NCBI GenBank assembly: GCA_964648765.1
Contig: CAZYLF010000001.1
Location: 165,797 to 229,796 of the forward strand
DNA from: an uncultured Candidatus Saccharibacteria bacterium
GTDB taxonomy: Bacteria > Patescibacteriota > Minisyncoccia > Phycocordibacterales > JACOZG01
Direction of reading: 5' to 3'
DNA: 64,000 nt
In this document: in pieces, positions 46,463 through 59,297 of the stretch
Position numbering within the stretch: the stretch's first letter is position 1
How the letters are laid out: the number at the start of each line of letters is the position of its first letter
Position numbers and translations under genes: made by a program
The notes under the pieces: model-generated
Told to the model about the DNA's origin: nothing
Databases searched by the model: none
Seen by the model: the letters and a program-made list of their open reading frames with translations, nothing else

Positions 46463-47668
46463 ATGATTTTTAACTATCAGGCCACTACCCAAAACGGTGA
46501 ACCACAAGCGGGTACCATTGAGGCGCCAAATGCTAATTTGGCGGTGAGCTCGCTTCAGCGCCGTGGTTTGATAATTATCGATATTAAAGCCGAGGGTGAG
46601 GGCGGGGCATTAAGTAAGCTTTTAAATTTTGGCGGTAAGGTTAAAAATAAAGATATAGTTCTTCTTTCAAGACAAATTGCTACACTCTTTGAAGCTAAAG
46701 TTTCCGCACTCTCTACTTTCCGCTTGATGGCCACCGAGTCAGACAATCCCACTATGCGCCTGGTGCTCACCGAGGTCACCGACGACATTAAAGGTGGCTT
46801 GCCAATCTCTCAAGCGATGCAGAAGCATCCTAAAGTCTTCGCCGACTTTTATGTGCACATGGTGGAGGCCGGCGAGGAGTCAGGTAAAATGTCGGAGAAC
46901 TTTTCTTATCTCGCGGATTATCTTGAGCGTTCTTATGAGCTCACTTCTAAAGCCAAAAACGCACTTATTTACCCAGCTTTTATTATTGCCACCTTCGTTT
47001 TGGTTATTGTGCTGATGATGGTGTTTGTGATCCCAAAGTTAAGTGAGATTTTAGAAGAGACTGGTCAAGAGTTACCAATTTACACCAAGGCGGTTATTTG
47101 GATCAGTGATTTCTTTGTTAATTATGGTTTGATTGCAGCATTTTTGGCTGCCATTGTGGCGGTGATTGTGCGCCGCTACATTGCCACTCAGGGTGGCAAG
47201 GTGGGCTTATCTCGTTTCAAAATTAATGTGCCTTACATTGGCCGCCTTTATCGTAAAATTTATCTCTCGCGTATCGCCGACAACCTTTCCACCATGTTAA
47301 CTTCCGGTATCTCTATGGTGCGAGCGCTTGAGATTACTTCATCTGTAGCTGGCAACCAAGTTTATGAAGAGATATTGAAAGAGGCTTCAGAGAGTATTAA
47401 GTCGGGCTCGCAAATGTCGGCCATCTTCTATAAATATCCTGAAATCCCAAATATTATGGTGCAAATGATCAAGGTGGGTGAGGAGTCGGGTAAATTAGGC
47501 TTTATTCTTCAAACTCTTTCGCGGTTCTATAAACGCGAGGTAGATAACGAAATCCGCACACTCGTAGACCTCATTGAACCAGCGATGATCGTGATGCTCG
47601 GCTTAATGGTGGGATTATTGCTTACGTCTGTATTGTTACCGATATACAATCTCGCTCAGGGAATTTAA
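46463..47668 (+). CDS. pilC: type IV pilus platform protein PilC (GspF family)
   Basis: 401 aa with duplicated GspF domains and 3 TM segments. Confidence 0.9.
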   Translation: MIFNYQATTQNGEPQAGTIEAPNANLAVSSLQRRGLIIIDIKAEGEGGALSKLLNFGGKVKNKDIVLLSRQIATLFEAKVSALSTFRLMATESDNPTMRLVLTEVTDDIKGGLPISQAMQKHPKVFADFYVHMVEAGEESGKMSENFSYLADYLERSYELTSKAKNALIYPAFIIATFVLVIVLMMVFVIPKLSEILEETGQELPIYTKAVIWISDFFVNYGLIAAFLAAIVAVIVRRYIATQGGKVGLSRFKINVPYIGRLYRKIYLSRIADNLSTMLTSGISMVRALEITSSVAGNQVYEEILKEASESIKSGSQMSAIFYKYPEIPNIMVQMIKVGEESGKLGFILQTLSRFYKREVDNEIRTLVDLIEPAMIVMLGLMVGLLLTSVLLPIYNLAQGI

Positions 47669-47697
47669 GGCTTATCCACGAGTTTTCCCCACTATAT

Positions 47698-47725
47698 TTG
47701 CCCTTTTCGGGGGGAGGAATATAAT
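47698..47725 (+). promoter_or_regulatory. candidate sigma-70 promoter of pilA
   Basis: TTGCCC (-35), a 16-nt spacer, then a perfect TATAAT (-10) about 65 nt upstream of the pilA ATG. Confidence 0.4.
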
Positions 47726-47789
47726 ACTCTTTGTCTAAAGTTATTTATTAGATTTATTAAAAGGTCAAAAATTAAGTTTTAAGAATTTT

Positions 47790-48260
47790 ATGAACAAAAA
47801 AGGTTTTACATTAATTGAACTCTTGGTGGTTATTGCCATCATTGGTATCTTATCCGGAATCGTACTCACTTCACTCGGTAGCGCCAGAAACAAGGCCAAA
47901 ATCGCTTCAGCTCAGTCCAGTATCTCATCGATGAGATCCCAAGCTGAGTTAGGAGTGGGAAGTGGTGGAACTTATGTCGCTAACCTTTGTGCAAGTACCG
48001 CAGCCGGTGGCCTCGATACTTTATGGGATGCAGTAAATAGTCAAATCGGGAACGCTAACACAGAGTGCGCATTTACCGGCAATGCAACTGTTGGTTCATC
48101 AAATTGGGCATTCGTAGCCAATTTTGAAGCTGTTACTGCTGGTGCTGGTTACTACTGCGCTGATTCAACTGGTTATTCTGGTTCTGTTACAGACATGGGA
48201 AATATAAATGGCAATGCGAGTGTCGGACAGAACAATAGTAGTGATGCAGTTTGTCTATAG
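47790..48260 (+). CDS. pilA: type IV major pilin candidate
   Basis: [25 protein letters not shown] prepilin leader and N-terminal helix. 156 aa with a C-terminal disulfide-loop Cys pair. Confidence 0.85.
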   Translation: MNKKGFTLIELLVVIAIIGILSGIVLTSLGSARNKAKIASAQSSISSMRSQAELGVGSGGTYVANLCASTAAGGLDTLWDAVNSQIGNANTECAFTGNATVGSSNWAFVANFEAVTAGAGYYCADSTGYSGSVTDMGNINGNASVGQNNSSDAVCL

Positions 48261-48289
48261 CCTCTTAATATTATAGGCTTATTTAACTA

Positions 48290-48325
48290 GCAAGAAACCT
48301 CGCGGCATTTCGCGGGGTTTCTTGC
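48290..48325 (+). terminator. strong 15-bp hairpin after pilA (terminator/attenuator candidate, no canonical U-tail)
   Basis: GCAAGAAACCTCGCG, a GCATTT loop, CGCGGGGTTTCTTGC. The 3' arm is U-rich but is followed by GTAGATG. Confidence 0.4.
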
Positions 48326-48383
48326 TGTAGATGTGCATAAATGCTTAAATAGTTCATTAATTATTAAATTGGAGATTCATAAA

Positions 48384-50063
48384 ATGATTCGAAAAATCTC
48401 AGATTTTATTGGGACAAAAAAATACTTAAAAGTATTATTGGTTTTTTCTTTATTCTTTATTATTTTCATTCTTGCCTATTTAAATGTTGGGGCTCTTTCT
48501 AGTGGTGACGATCACTTTTTCCACATTCGTTTCGCACAGAGAATGTTAGATAATGGTTTCTTTAATTCTTTTGAGAATTTTCAGGCTATTAGTCTTTCAG
48601 ATATGGCACAGGGGGGTAAATATTACGTTTATTACAATTTTCTATTCTATTTAGCACTAATTCCGTTTACGTATCTTACCCCACTTTTTATAGGCATTAA
48701 ACTCTACGCAATTATTATTGCGTCTCTAGCTTTTACGATTCTGTATTGGTGTTGTAGTCGATTGGGAATAAGAAATCCACTTATCTGGATAATCATCATC
48801 TTTTCTCTAACTAATTATGGCGCAATATGGAGATTGTTTTTATCTAGGCCGTACGCTTTAGCCCCAGTATTACTTCTTTTACTTTTGATTTTCTTGCATA
48901 GGAATAAGTATTTCGCAGCTTTTTTTCTTGGGATTTTTTATTTTTTTTGGCATAGTGCCACATTTTTTTTCCCACTTGGTGTGGCAACAGTGTTCTTTAT
49001 CAGTAAAAAATTTTACAAAGAGAGGGCCAGTTATAAAATAATTTTGTTTCCTGCTTTGTCCCTAATTTTTTCATTAGTTGTTGTCTACCTTATTTCTCCA
49101 GGATTTTTAAATTATATGAAAGACATTATTTTTGGTGTTTTTACGGACACAATAATCGGTAAAAAGGTAATTCTTTCTGAGGGGGTGGAACTTTACCCGG
49201 TGGATTTTTTTGACTTCATTAAAAATAATATGATCGTTGTTGGGCTAATTTTAATGCTTGGCTCACTAGAGATTTACCAGTATATAGTTTTTAGGTTTAG
49301 GGCTAACAGAACTACAGATTATTTAGATGATTTACACCCTAACAGATCGTTACAATTAACCCTTTTCACTTTAACATTTGGGACATTGCTGGGTACTACG
49401 TCTGTAAGCGGCAGATTTGGTGATTTTTTTGTATTTTTTGCTGCTATGTATCTAATACTATCTTTAAATCAACTACGGCAATATATCCACATTACTCACC
49501 GTGATGTACGAAGGGGTGCAACGATAGGCCTAGTCATCACTCTCATTTACTTTTTTGGTGGCAATGTGCTGTTTTTGCAACAAAATTTATCCAGAGGTGC
49601 CACTGTGGAGGAGTTTGCTGGGGTCGGAGGATGGCTTAAGATAAATACAAAACCAGGCGATACAATATTTAATGCAAATTGGAGCTGGTTCCCACAGCTT
49701 TATTATCACAGTCCTAAAAATAATTATCTAACCGGCCTAGAACCTAGATTTTCATATTCATATAGCCCAAAACTTTATTGGCTTTGGTGGAATATATCAA
49801 CTCGAGGGTATGTTTGTGAAGAAGAAAAATGCCCAGAAAAAGATAAAGAGCGAGCGTTGATCGCAAAGAAGGAGTCAGAAATCAAGAATTGGTATAAAAA
49901 GGAGGGGGATTTAGCTGCCGAGATTTTGCTTAAAGATCTTAAAACTAGCTACGTTGTTACATCAAGAAACCACCCATTTTTAAATGGACTACTCACAGAA
50001 AGTGACAGATTTGAAAAGGTTTTTGGTGATTGGACAAACTACTCAGTATATAAAGTCAATTAA
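48384..50063 (+). CDS. polytopic membrane protein, GT-C-fold glycosyltransferase candidate (Gtr type-specific/ArnT/PMT-like)
   Basis: About 12 predicted TM helices, with a DD motif (SGDDHFFH) in the first extracytoplasmic loop after TM1, as in GT-C enzymes, and a soluble C-terminal domain. Start at MIRKISDF, preceded by the RBS GGAG. Confidence 0.5.
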   Translation: MIRKISDFIGTKKYLKVLLVFSLFFIIFILAYLNVGALSSGDDHFFHIRFAQRMLDNGFFNSFENFQAISLSDMAQGGKYYVYYNFLFYLALIPFTYLTPLFIGIKLYAIIIASLAFTILYWCCSRLGIRNPLIWIIIIFSLTNYGAIWRLFLSRPYALAPVLLLLLLIFLHRNKYFAAFFLGIFYFFWHSATFFFPLGVATVFFISKKFYKERASYKIILFPALSLIFSLVVVYLISPGFLNYMKDIIFGVFTDTIIGKKVILSEGVELYPVDFFDFIKNNMIVVGLILMLGSLEIYQYIVFRFRANRTTDYLDDLHPNRSLQLTLFTLTFGTLLGTTSVSGRFGDFFVFFAAMYLILSLNQLRQYIHITHRDVRRGATIGLVITLIYFFGGNVLFLQQNLSRGATVEEFAGVGGWLKINTKPGDTIFNANWSWFPQLYYHSPKNNYLTGLEPRFSYSYSPKLYWLWWNISTRGYVCEEEKCPEKDKERALIAKKESEIKNWYKKEGDLAAEILLKDLKTSYVVTSRNHPFLNGLLTESDRFEKVFGDWTNYSVYKVN

Positions 50064-50071
50064 TTCCCAGG

Positions 50072-50734
50072 TTATTTTTCGGCTACTATTAAGTAATTAA
50101 ATATTAACTGAAATTTTCTTATTTTAACCTTTTTAAATCCCGCTTCTTTAAAAGTATCAATAAGTTTATTTTTGTCGAAATATTGTTTATGGTCCTCAAT
50201 TTCCTCTTTCTCGATCAAGCCCAAAAGGCAAAGTATTTTTAGGATGGGCTCAGCTGCTGAGGTTGGTGTAGTCAAAATGGCGGAGCCACCATTTTTTGTG
50301 ATTCTGTAAATTTCAGATACATATTTTTTATAGTCGTTTAAATGTTCTATTACGGCAGTTGATGTTACGATGTCTGCAAAATTATTTTGTATTGGTAAAT
50401 CGTGGTTCAGGTCAGTTTCTAATAGTTTTATTTTGTTTGATTGGTATTCATTATCTACCTTTATATCCAAGCCAATAGCACCAGCAATATGTTTCTCAAT
50501 TTTATTCAAAAAATCAGCGTTTAGGCCACACCCGAGGTCACAGCAAAAAAATTCTCCATGGCTATTTTCTATTATAAATTTAGTTGCAAATCTATATCTC
50601 CACCAGTGGAGTAATTTATCAAACTTTTTTTTGGGCACAAAAGACTCTGATCGGTGTTGCATGTTTGGGGTCATGAGTGCTATTTTATTCCAGTTGGCGA
50701 TAATGTCCAGCTTGATCAAATATGAAACTATCAA
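50072..50734 (-). CDS. class I SAM-dependent methyltransferase
   Basis: Motif [11 protein letters not shown] and post-I acidic residue LDIKV. 220 aa. Confidence 0.78.
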   Translation of the reverse strand: MIVSYLIKLDIIANWNKIALMTPNMQHRSESFVPKKKFDKLLHWWRYRFATKFIIENSHGEFFCCDLGCGLNADFLNKIEKHIAGAIGLDIKVDNEYQSNKIKLLETDLNHDLPIQNNFADIVTSTAVIEHLNDYKKYVSEIYRITKNGGSAILTTPTSAAEPILKILCLLGLIEKEEIEDHKQYFDKNKLIDTFKEAGFKKVKIRKFQLIFNYLIVAEK

Positions 50735-51417
50735 TTATCATTCCTGCATATAATGAGGAAAAGACTATTACTCAAATTGTAGAAAGAGTGAAGGTGGCAA
50801 ATTCTTTGGGGTTAGATAAAGAGATTATTGTTATTGACGATGGATCCAAAGACTCAACTGTAGCTAAAGCCCAGACTCTAAGTGGGGTGAGAGTTATTGC
50901 TTGTGGAGTTAATGGAGGCAAGGGTTCAGCCGTAATTAGAGGATTTAAAGAGGCGACAGGGGATATCTTACTTATTCAAGACGCAGACCTAGAATATGAT
51001 CCGGTTGATTACCCAACTTTGCTGCAACCAATTTTGGACGGTAAGGCGGATGTGGTGTATGGATCAAGGTTGGTCTCGGATAGACCCAGACGTGTGCTTT
51101 ACTTTCATCATTATTTAGCGAATAAGTTTGTAACTTTTGTGTCAAATGTTTTCACCAATCTTAACCTTTCAGACATGGAGACGTGTTATAAGGTTTTTAA
51201 AAAGGAAGTAGTGAAAGAGATCTTACCAAAACTAGTTTCAAAGCGATTTGGGATAGAGGTGGAGCTTACGGCCAGAGTGTCTAACACGAAAAGTAAAATA
51301 TACGAAGTTGGTATTTCATATGCTGGTCGTACATATGAAGAAGGAAAAAAAATTACTTGGCGGGATGGTGTGGCGGCACTTTGGCACATACTATGGTTCA
51401 ATATTTTCGACAGATAA
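50722..51417 (+). CDS. GT2 family polyprenyl-phosphate glycosyltransferase (DPM1/GtrB/ArnC-like)
   Basis: [11 protein letters not shown]...[10 protein letters not shown]...[10 protein letters not shown], the canonical GT2 DxD architecture of dolichyl/undecaprenyl-phosphate sugar synthases. Confidence 0.88.
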   Translation: MKLSIIIPAYNEEKTITQIVERVKVANSLGLDKEIIVIDDGSKDSTVAKAQTLSGVRVIACGVNGGKGSAVIRGFKEATGDILLIQDADLEYDPVDYPTLLQPILDGKADVVYGSRLVSDRPRRVLYFHHYLANKFVTFVSNVFTNLNLSDMETCYKVFKKEVVKEILPKLVSKRFGIEVELTARVSNTKSKIYEVGISYAGRTYEEGKKITWRDGVAALWHILWFNIFDR

Positions 51418-51806
51418 TTAAGATACAATACATCAAGTATTTAGTGTCCGGTTGTACTGGAGCAATTGTAAATGTTGGCATCCTTTACGTTTTAACAGAT
51501 TGGCTTGGCTTGTGGTATTTATTTTCTACATCTATATCATTACTCTGTTCGTTTGTTGTAAGTTTTACTTTACATAAGTTTTGGACATTCGATAATAAAG
51601 TTATGGAAGATGTGCATGTGCAAGCCGCCTCATATCTGGGGGTTGCTTTAATAAACTTGGTGTTGAATACCTTTTTTATGTTAGTTTTTGTGGAGTATCT
51701 ACATATTTGGTATTTGTTGGCACAAGTAATCAGTGCCGGGTTGATTGCCTTCTCGAGTTTCTTTCTGTATAAACAGTTTGTTTTTAAAACTAAGACCGTG
51801 GTATAA
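51393..51806 (+). CDS. GtrA-family small membrane protein (putative lipid-linked sugar flippase)
   Basis: [28 protein letters not shown]...HKFWTF matches the GtrA family. 4 TM. Start at the internal ATG 51393. Confidence 0.78.
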   Translation: MVQYFRQIIKIQYIKYLVSGCTGAIVNVGILYVLTDWLGLWYLFSTSISLLCSFVVSFTLHKFWTFDNKVMEDVHVQAASYLGVALINLVLNTFFMLVFVEYLHIWYLLAQVISAGLIAFSSFFLYKQFVFKTKTVV

Positions 51807-51815
51807 TTTATCATC

Positions 51816-52241
51816 ATGTCAAAACAAAAAGGTTTTACTCTCATTGAGTTATTAGTAGTAATCGCAATTATTGGAATTTTGTCTGGGATAGTGATAGCTG
51901 CCTTGGGTACGTCTAGGGAGAAAGCTCGCAATAACGCTGTTGTGGCTGCGTTGAGGTCAGTACGGTCGGGTTTTGAGGCCAGCAGATTACCGAATGGAAA
52001 TTTTCCACTTAATATCTGTGGAGTAGGCTCTACGTTACAAAGTTCTTTTACATATATTGATCAACAAACTTTACAGAATGATAGCGTTAAAAGTGTAACT
52101 TTAGCTGGTACTATACCCAATACAGTTAGAAATTGTGCAGTGTCCATCGATTTAGACGGGTCAGAGCCAATTTATTGTGCTGACACTGATTTTTTCTTCG
52201 GAGTTGCTACTGGTGTAGGCGGGGGTCTTTGCACTCCATAG
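51816..52241 (+). CDS. type IV pilin (second PilA-like pilin)
   Basis: [26 protein letters not shown] prepilin N-terminus. 141 aa. Confidence 0.8.
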   Translation: MSKQKGFTLIELLVVIAIIGILSGIVIAALGTSREKARNNAVVAALRSVRSGFEASRLPNGNFPLNICGVGSTLQSSFTYIDQQTLQNDSVKSVTLAGTIPNTVRNCAVSIDLDGSEPIYCADTDFFFGVATGVGGGLCTP

Positions 52242-52269
52242 TTGGATTATCTCGTGGTATAATTTTGAG

Positions 52270-53061
52270 GTGTTAAATTTATTTCTAATTTTCTCTTTTC
52301 TGTTCGGTCTCATCATTGGCAGTTTTTTAAACACTGTAATTTATCGCTATAACACCGGACGCACAGTGGGTGGGCGATCTAAGTGCCTCTCTTGCGGCCA
52401 CACACTCACCTGGAAGGAGTTAATCCCTGTTTTGAGTTATGTAATCCAGCGCGGCAAATGCGCCAAGTGCGCCAGTCAATTTTCCGCCACGTACCCCTTG
52501 GTTGAGTTCTTCACTGCGATTTTGTTTTTAGGAGTTTCGATAAAATTTTTGCCAAGTAGTTTTGAGTTTGGTTCATTCCCTACCGAACTTGTGATTTTAT
52601 TAATTGCTCATTGGCTAATTATGAGTCTACTTGTGGTGATTGCGGTGTATGATCTTCGCCACAAGATTATCCCTGATGGGATGGTTTACGCATTTATTAT
52701 TGCAAGTGCAGTGCTGGCTTGGTGGCAAGATCCTGAAGCCCTTTTGGCTGGAGTTTACTTTTTTGCTTTCTTTGGATTTATTTGGCTGGTATCGCGAGGT
52801 AAGTGGCTTGGCTTTGGTGATGCTAAACTAGTAACTGGTATTGGTTTTATGCTTGGTCTTACTTCAGGTGCGTCTGCGCTCATCATCGCTTGCTGGTCGG
52901 GAGCTTTGTGGGGTTTGGCTGGTATGGGGTTAAGTAAGTTGCGACGTGGTGCACAAACACTTACAATTAAGAGTGAGTTACCGTTTGCTCCCTTCCTCAT
53001 TTTCGGTTTGCTACTCGTCTTCTTTTTTCAAATCAATGTCCTTGAACTTTTTAAAATTTAA
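52270..53061 (+). CDS. pilD: prepilin peptidase PilD (A24 family)
   Basis: Cytoplasmic CLSCGH...CAKCAS tetra-Cys motif, catalytic Asp boxes (IPDGM, GFGDAKL), 8 TM. GTG start. Confidence 0.9.
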   Translation: MLNLFLIFSFLFGLIIGSFLNTVIYRYNTGRTVGGRSKCLSCGHTLTWKELIPVLSYVIQRGKCAKCASQFSATYPLVEFFTAILFLGVSIKFLPSSFEFGSFPTELVILLIAHWLIMSLLVVIAVYDLRHKIIPDGMVYAFIIASAVLAWWQDPEALLAGVYFFAFFGFIWLVSRGKWLGFGDAKLVTGIGFMLGLTSGASALIIACWSGALWGLAGMGLSKLRRGAQTLTIKSELPFAPFLIFGLLLVFFFQINVLELFKI

Positions 53062-53671
53062 AAAAGGGTTTACCACTCTCGAGTTAATGGTGGTAATTGG
53101 TATTTTTGTGATCATGACCGGGGTAGTACTCTCTAACCTCCCGGGATTTCGTGATCAATCGGCTGTGGGTTTGGTTGCCCAGCAGATTGCCCTTGTGGCC
53201 CGCCAAGCTCAAGTGTATGGCAATAGTGGGAGAGAGTTCAGCGGTAACTCAGTTGAGAGATATGGTCTGGATTTTGATTTGAACCAAGCTAATGGTCTAA
53301 CTGATAGCTCGTTTGCTATGTTCGCTGATTTTAATAATAATTATGACTACAATACTTCACCTACACCTGAGTTGGTTGAAATTTTTAGTATGCAGGGTGG
53401 TATAAAGATTTCTGATCCTAACGGTCTTGCCAGATGCACAACAACCACAACATGTAACAGTGCGACCAGGGTCACTAACGTGCTTTTCCGACGTGCCTAC
53501 CCAGACGCAATTTTTTCAGATGGGGTTGGGGCACCACAAACCAATGTTGTTTGCACTGTGGTACGATTAGAATCAATCAGAAATCCAAGTATTAAAAAAG
53601 ATGTAGTAATTTGGAGTACCGGTTATATTTATACTAAAAGTGTCCCAGTTACCCTTAATTTTTCCTGCTAA
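53036..53671 (+). CDS. minor pseudopilin
   Basis: KKGFTTLELMVVIGIFVIMTG prepilin N-terminus. Start at MSLNF (53036), overlapping the pilD end. Confidence 0.72.
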   Translation: MSLNFLKFKKGFTTLELMVVIGIFVIMTGVVLSNLPGFRDQSAVGLVAQQIALVARQAQVYGNSGREFSGNSVERYGLDFDLNQANGLTDSSFAMFADFNNNYDYNTSPTPELVEIFSMQGGIKISDPNGLARCTTTTTCNSATRVTNVLFRRAYPDAIFSDGVGAPQTNVVCTVVRLESIRNPSIKKDVVIWSTGYIYTKSVPVTLNFSC

Positions 53672-53674
53672 TTT

Positions 53675-54355
53675 ATGAAAAATTTTACTAAAAAATCAGG
53701 CTTCACACTAGTTGAGATTATGGTGGCAGTGTCTATTTTTGCTGTGGTAGCTGTAATCGCCACTGGCGCCTTAATCACCGCTAGTGATATTAATAAAAAG
53801 GCCCAGGCTATCAAGCTTGCAGTGGATAACGTCAACTTTGCTCTCAATAAAATGGCATTTGAGGTTCGTAACGGAAATACTTATGGATGTGCCAACAGCG
53901 TCTCATCTTTTTATTTTCCTTATGGTACTGCAGTTAATTTGAGGGGTTGCCCCCCTCATGCGAGCGGAGTTACAACATTCGATACTTTATTTATGTATAC
54001 TTTTCGTACAGACTGTACTTTCTTTCGCAGTCAGGCGGAGTGCGTAGCCACTGGCGGTGTAGACAATGATGGCAGTGGCCCTGGTCTCGAATACAATGGC
54101 CAAATCCCTGTGGCCTACAAATTAAATGTGGATGCAAATGGCAGGGGAGAGATTATGTACTCAACCAATCCATCGGTCCCCAGTTCCTTTTTTCCAATAA
54201 CTTCCCCAGAAGTAGATATTGAGAACTTAATGTTTAGGGTAACCCACCAGGGTCTCCCGAGGGTGCAAGTAAATATAAGTGCTGTGGTGGCGGGTGGGAC
54301 AAAACACGAAACCATCTTTGATTTACAAACCATTGCTTCTTCAAGAAGAAATTAA
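53675..54355 (+). CDS. minor pseudopilin
   Basis: KKSGFTLVEIMVAVSIFAVVAVIATGAL prepilin N-terminus. Confidence 0.75.
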   Translation: MKNFTKKSGFTLVEIMVAVSIFAVVAVIATGALITASDINKKAQAIKLAVDNVNFALNKMAFEVRNGNTYGCANSVSSFYFPYGTAVNLRGCPPHASGVTTFDTLFMYTFRTDCTFFRSQAECVATGGVDNDGSGPGLEYNGQIPVAYKLNVDANGRGEIMYSTNPSVPSSFFPITSPEVDIENLMFRVTHQGLPRVQVNISAVVAGGTKHETIFDLQTIASSRRN

Positions 54356-54916
54356 TGATGATTACTTTTAGATATAAAATTAAAAAAAGCGGGTTTACTT
54401 TAATCGAGTCATTAACCGCAATCACCATATTACTGATTGGGGTGATGGGTCCATTAGTATTAGCCACTCGCAATATATCAGACGGAATCTCAATCAAAAA
54501 TGAAGTAGCCGCCAATTATCTAGTTCTCGAAGCTTTAGAGGCGGTGCAAGCCAAAAGAGCTATTAATGCATTTGGCCCTACTAGCAAGGACTGGCGACAT
54601 GAATTGATTGCAACACAGGGGAGGGATTGCAGTGCTGTTAATGTTGGTTGTTCTATCTTTGATGGTCTTGATAACACAATAACCGTTAATGTATGCTCCG
54701 GTACCAGTTGCGATCTACAGTTTGATGTTAGTAATAGTAATAGACAATATGTTTTGGCTTCAACCATCGGAAGTGGAAATGCTCGTGGTCCAATTTTTAC
54801 AAGAAGGGTATATATTGACGAAGTAGAACCAAATCAAGAACTTAAGGTGAGAGTGGCAGTTAATTGGAATGAGAAAGGTGTTAATAAAAATCGCGAGCTT
54901 ACCTCTTATTTATATT

Positions 54917-54933
<17 letters not shown>
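54355..54933 (+). CDS. minor pseudopilin (PilV/GspI-like)
   Basis: KKSGFTLIESLTAITILLIGVMG prepilin N-terminus. Confidence 0.75.
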
Positions 54934-57566
<2,633 letters not shown>

Positions 57567-57581
57567 TGATATGATAGCCAT

Positions 57582-57869
57582 ATGATTAGCCGAGAAGAGG
57601 TTCTTAACCTCTCTAAATTATCTAAATTAAGTCTAAGCGCGGAGGAGTTGCCGAAGCTTGAAACGGATTTAAATAACATCTTAAACTACGTTTCAGAACT
57701 GAAAAACGCTAAGGCGGGGGAAGCTTCACCGAGTGAAGAAAGTCACTTGGCGGTGAATGTGATGAGGGAAGACGAGAAGCCCCATGCGCCGGGGGAATTC
57801 TCGGGCGCGTTGATCGCCGCCTTCCCCGAGAGCGAGGGGGGGAGACTAAAAGTGAAGAAGATTCTTTAA
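57582..57869 (+). CDS. gatC: Asp/Glu-tRNA amidotransferase subunit C
   Basis: MISREEVLNLSKLSKLSLSAEEL...LNYVSEL. 95 aa. Immediately upstream of gatA. Confidence 0.88.
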   Translation: MISREEVLNLSKLSKLSLSAEELPKLETDLNNILNYVSELKNAKAGEASPSEESHLAVNVMREDEKPHAPGEFSGALIAAFPESEGGRLKVKKIL

Positions 57870-57872
57870 AAC

Positions 57873-59297
57873 ATGGCGAAAATTGAGCTCAAAAATTTAA
57901 CTCTTAAAACGGCTCGGGAGAGCTTGGTGAAAAAAGAATTTTCCGTGCGCGAATTAACGGAGAGTTATCTGAAAGAAATTGAAAGTAAAAATCCGGACTG
58001 GAATGTTTATTTAGAAGTCTTCGACGATGCTTTAGCGCAAGCCGAAAGTTTGGATAAAAGGTTGGAGAGCGGTGAGAGTGTTGGCGCGCTCTACGGTTTA
58101 CCGATCGCACTTAAAGATAATATTTTGGTAAATGGCAAAAGGGTGGGCGCGGCGTCTAAAATTCTTGAAGGTTATGTGGCCAGTTACGACGCCACGGCCA
58201 CGGCTAAACTTAAAGCTGAAGGGGCGTTACTTTTGGGTCGAGTCAACATGGATGAATTTGCCATGGGTGTCTCCACCGAGCAGTCAGCTTATGGTGCCAC
58301 CAAAAATCCCCGCGATCCATCGCGCGTGCCGGGCGGGTCTTCTGGTGGTTCGGCCGCGGCCGTGGCGGGGGATCTGGCGCTCGGCTCGCTTGGTTCCGAC
58401 ACCGCTGGATCAATTCGTCAGCCGGCGAGCTTCTGCGGCGTGGTGGGTTTTAAACCGACTTACGGCCGTGTCTCGCGCCACGGACTCATTGCGCTCACCT
58501 CGTCGCTTGACGTGATCGGGCCGATTACTAAAACGGTGGAGGATGCGGAAATAATTTACGATGTAATTAAAGGCGCGGATAATCTCGACTCAACTTCAGC
58601 GCGGGGGAATGAAGATTTGCCAGCCAAAAATGGTCCGTACAAAATTGGCGTGCCGTACAAATTTCTCACCACCGGCTTGGCTGAATCGGTGAAGAATAAT
58701 TTTGAAGCGTCGCTAAAAAAGTTAAAAGATCTAGGGCATGAAATTGTGGAAGTGGATTTGCCGAGTTTTAAATACGCTGTGCCTTGTTACTATGTGATCA
58801 CGCCAGCGGAGGCGTCCACCAACCTCGCGCGCTTCGACGGCATGCGTTATGGCGCGCGCACGACGGGCAAGGATCTGTGGGAAGAATACGCCGCCACGCG
58901 CGAGGCGGGCTTTGGGCCGGAACCTAAGCGACGTATTATGGTGGGCGCTTACGTGCTCTCGTCAGGCTATTACGACGCCTATTATCGTAAAGCGGTGGAG
59001 GTGAAGGAGTTGATCAGACGCGAGGTGGTGGAGATTTTTAAAACCGTTGATATTATCGCCACGCCCACCACGCCGGCGCCAGCCTTTAAGCCAGGGGAGA
59101 AGGTCAACGATCCAATCCAAATGTATCTTGAAGATGTTTTTACTGTGCCGGCCAACCTCGCGGGTATTCCGGCCATCTCTATCCCCTCCGGTGTGGACGG
59201 CAATAATTTGCCACTTGGGTTACAATTAATGTCACCGGCGTTTGCTGAATCACGACTTTTTAATTTAGGTAAACAATTTTTAAATGAACAATTTTGA
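57873..59297 (+). CDS. gatA: Asp/Glu-tRNA amidotransferase subunit A
   Basis: Amidase signature GGSSGGSAAAVA and catalytic Ser-cisSer-Lys context. 474 aa. Confidence 0.95.
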   Translation: MAKIELKNLTLKTARESLVKKEFSVRELTESYLKEIESKNPDWNVYLEVFDDALAQAESLDKRLESGESVGALYGLPIALKDNILVNGKRVGAASKILEGYVASYDATATAKLKAEGALLLGRVNMDEFAMGVSTEQSAYGATKNPRDPSRVPGGSSGGSAAAVAGDLALGSLGSDTAGSIRQPASFCGVVGFKPTYGRVSRHGLIALTSSLDVIGPITKTVEDAEIIYDVIKGADNLDSTSARGNEDLPAKNGPYKIGVPYKFLTTGLAESVKNNFEASLKKLKDLGHEIVEVDLPSFKYAVPCYYVITPAEASTNLARFDGMRYGARTTGKDLWEEYAATREAGFGPEPKRRIMVGAYVLSSGYYDAYYRKAVEVKELIRREVVEIFKTVDIIATPTTPAPAFKPGEKVNDPIQMYLEDVFTVPANLAGIPAISIPSGVDGNNLPLGLQLMSPAFAESRLFNLGKQFLNEQF

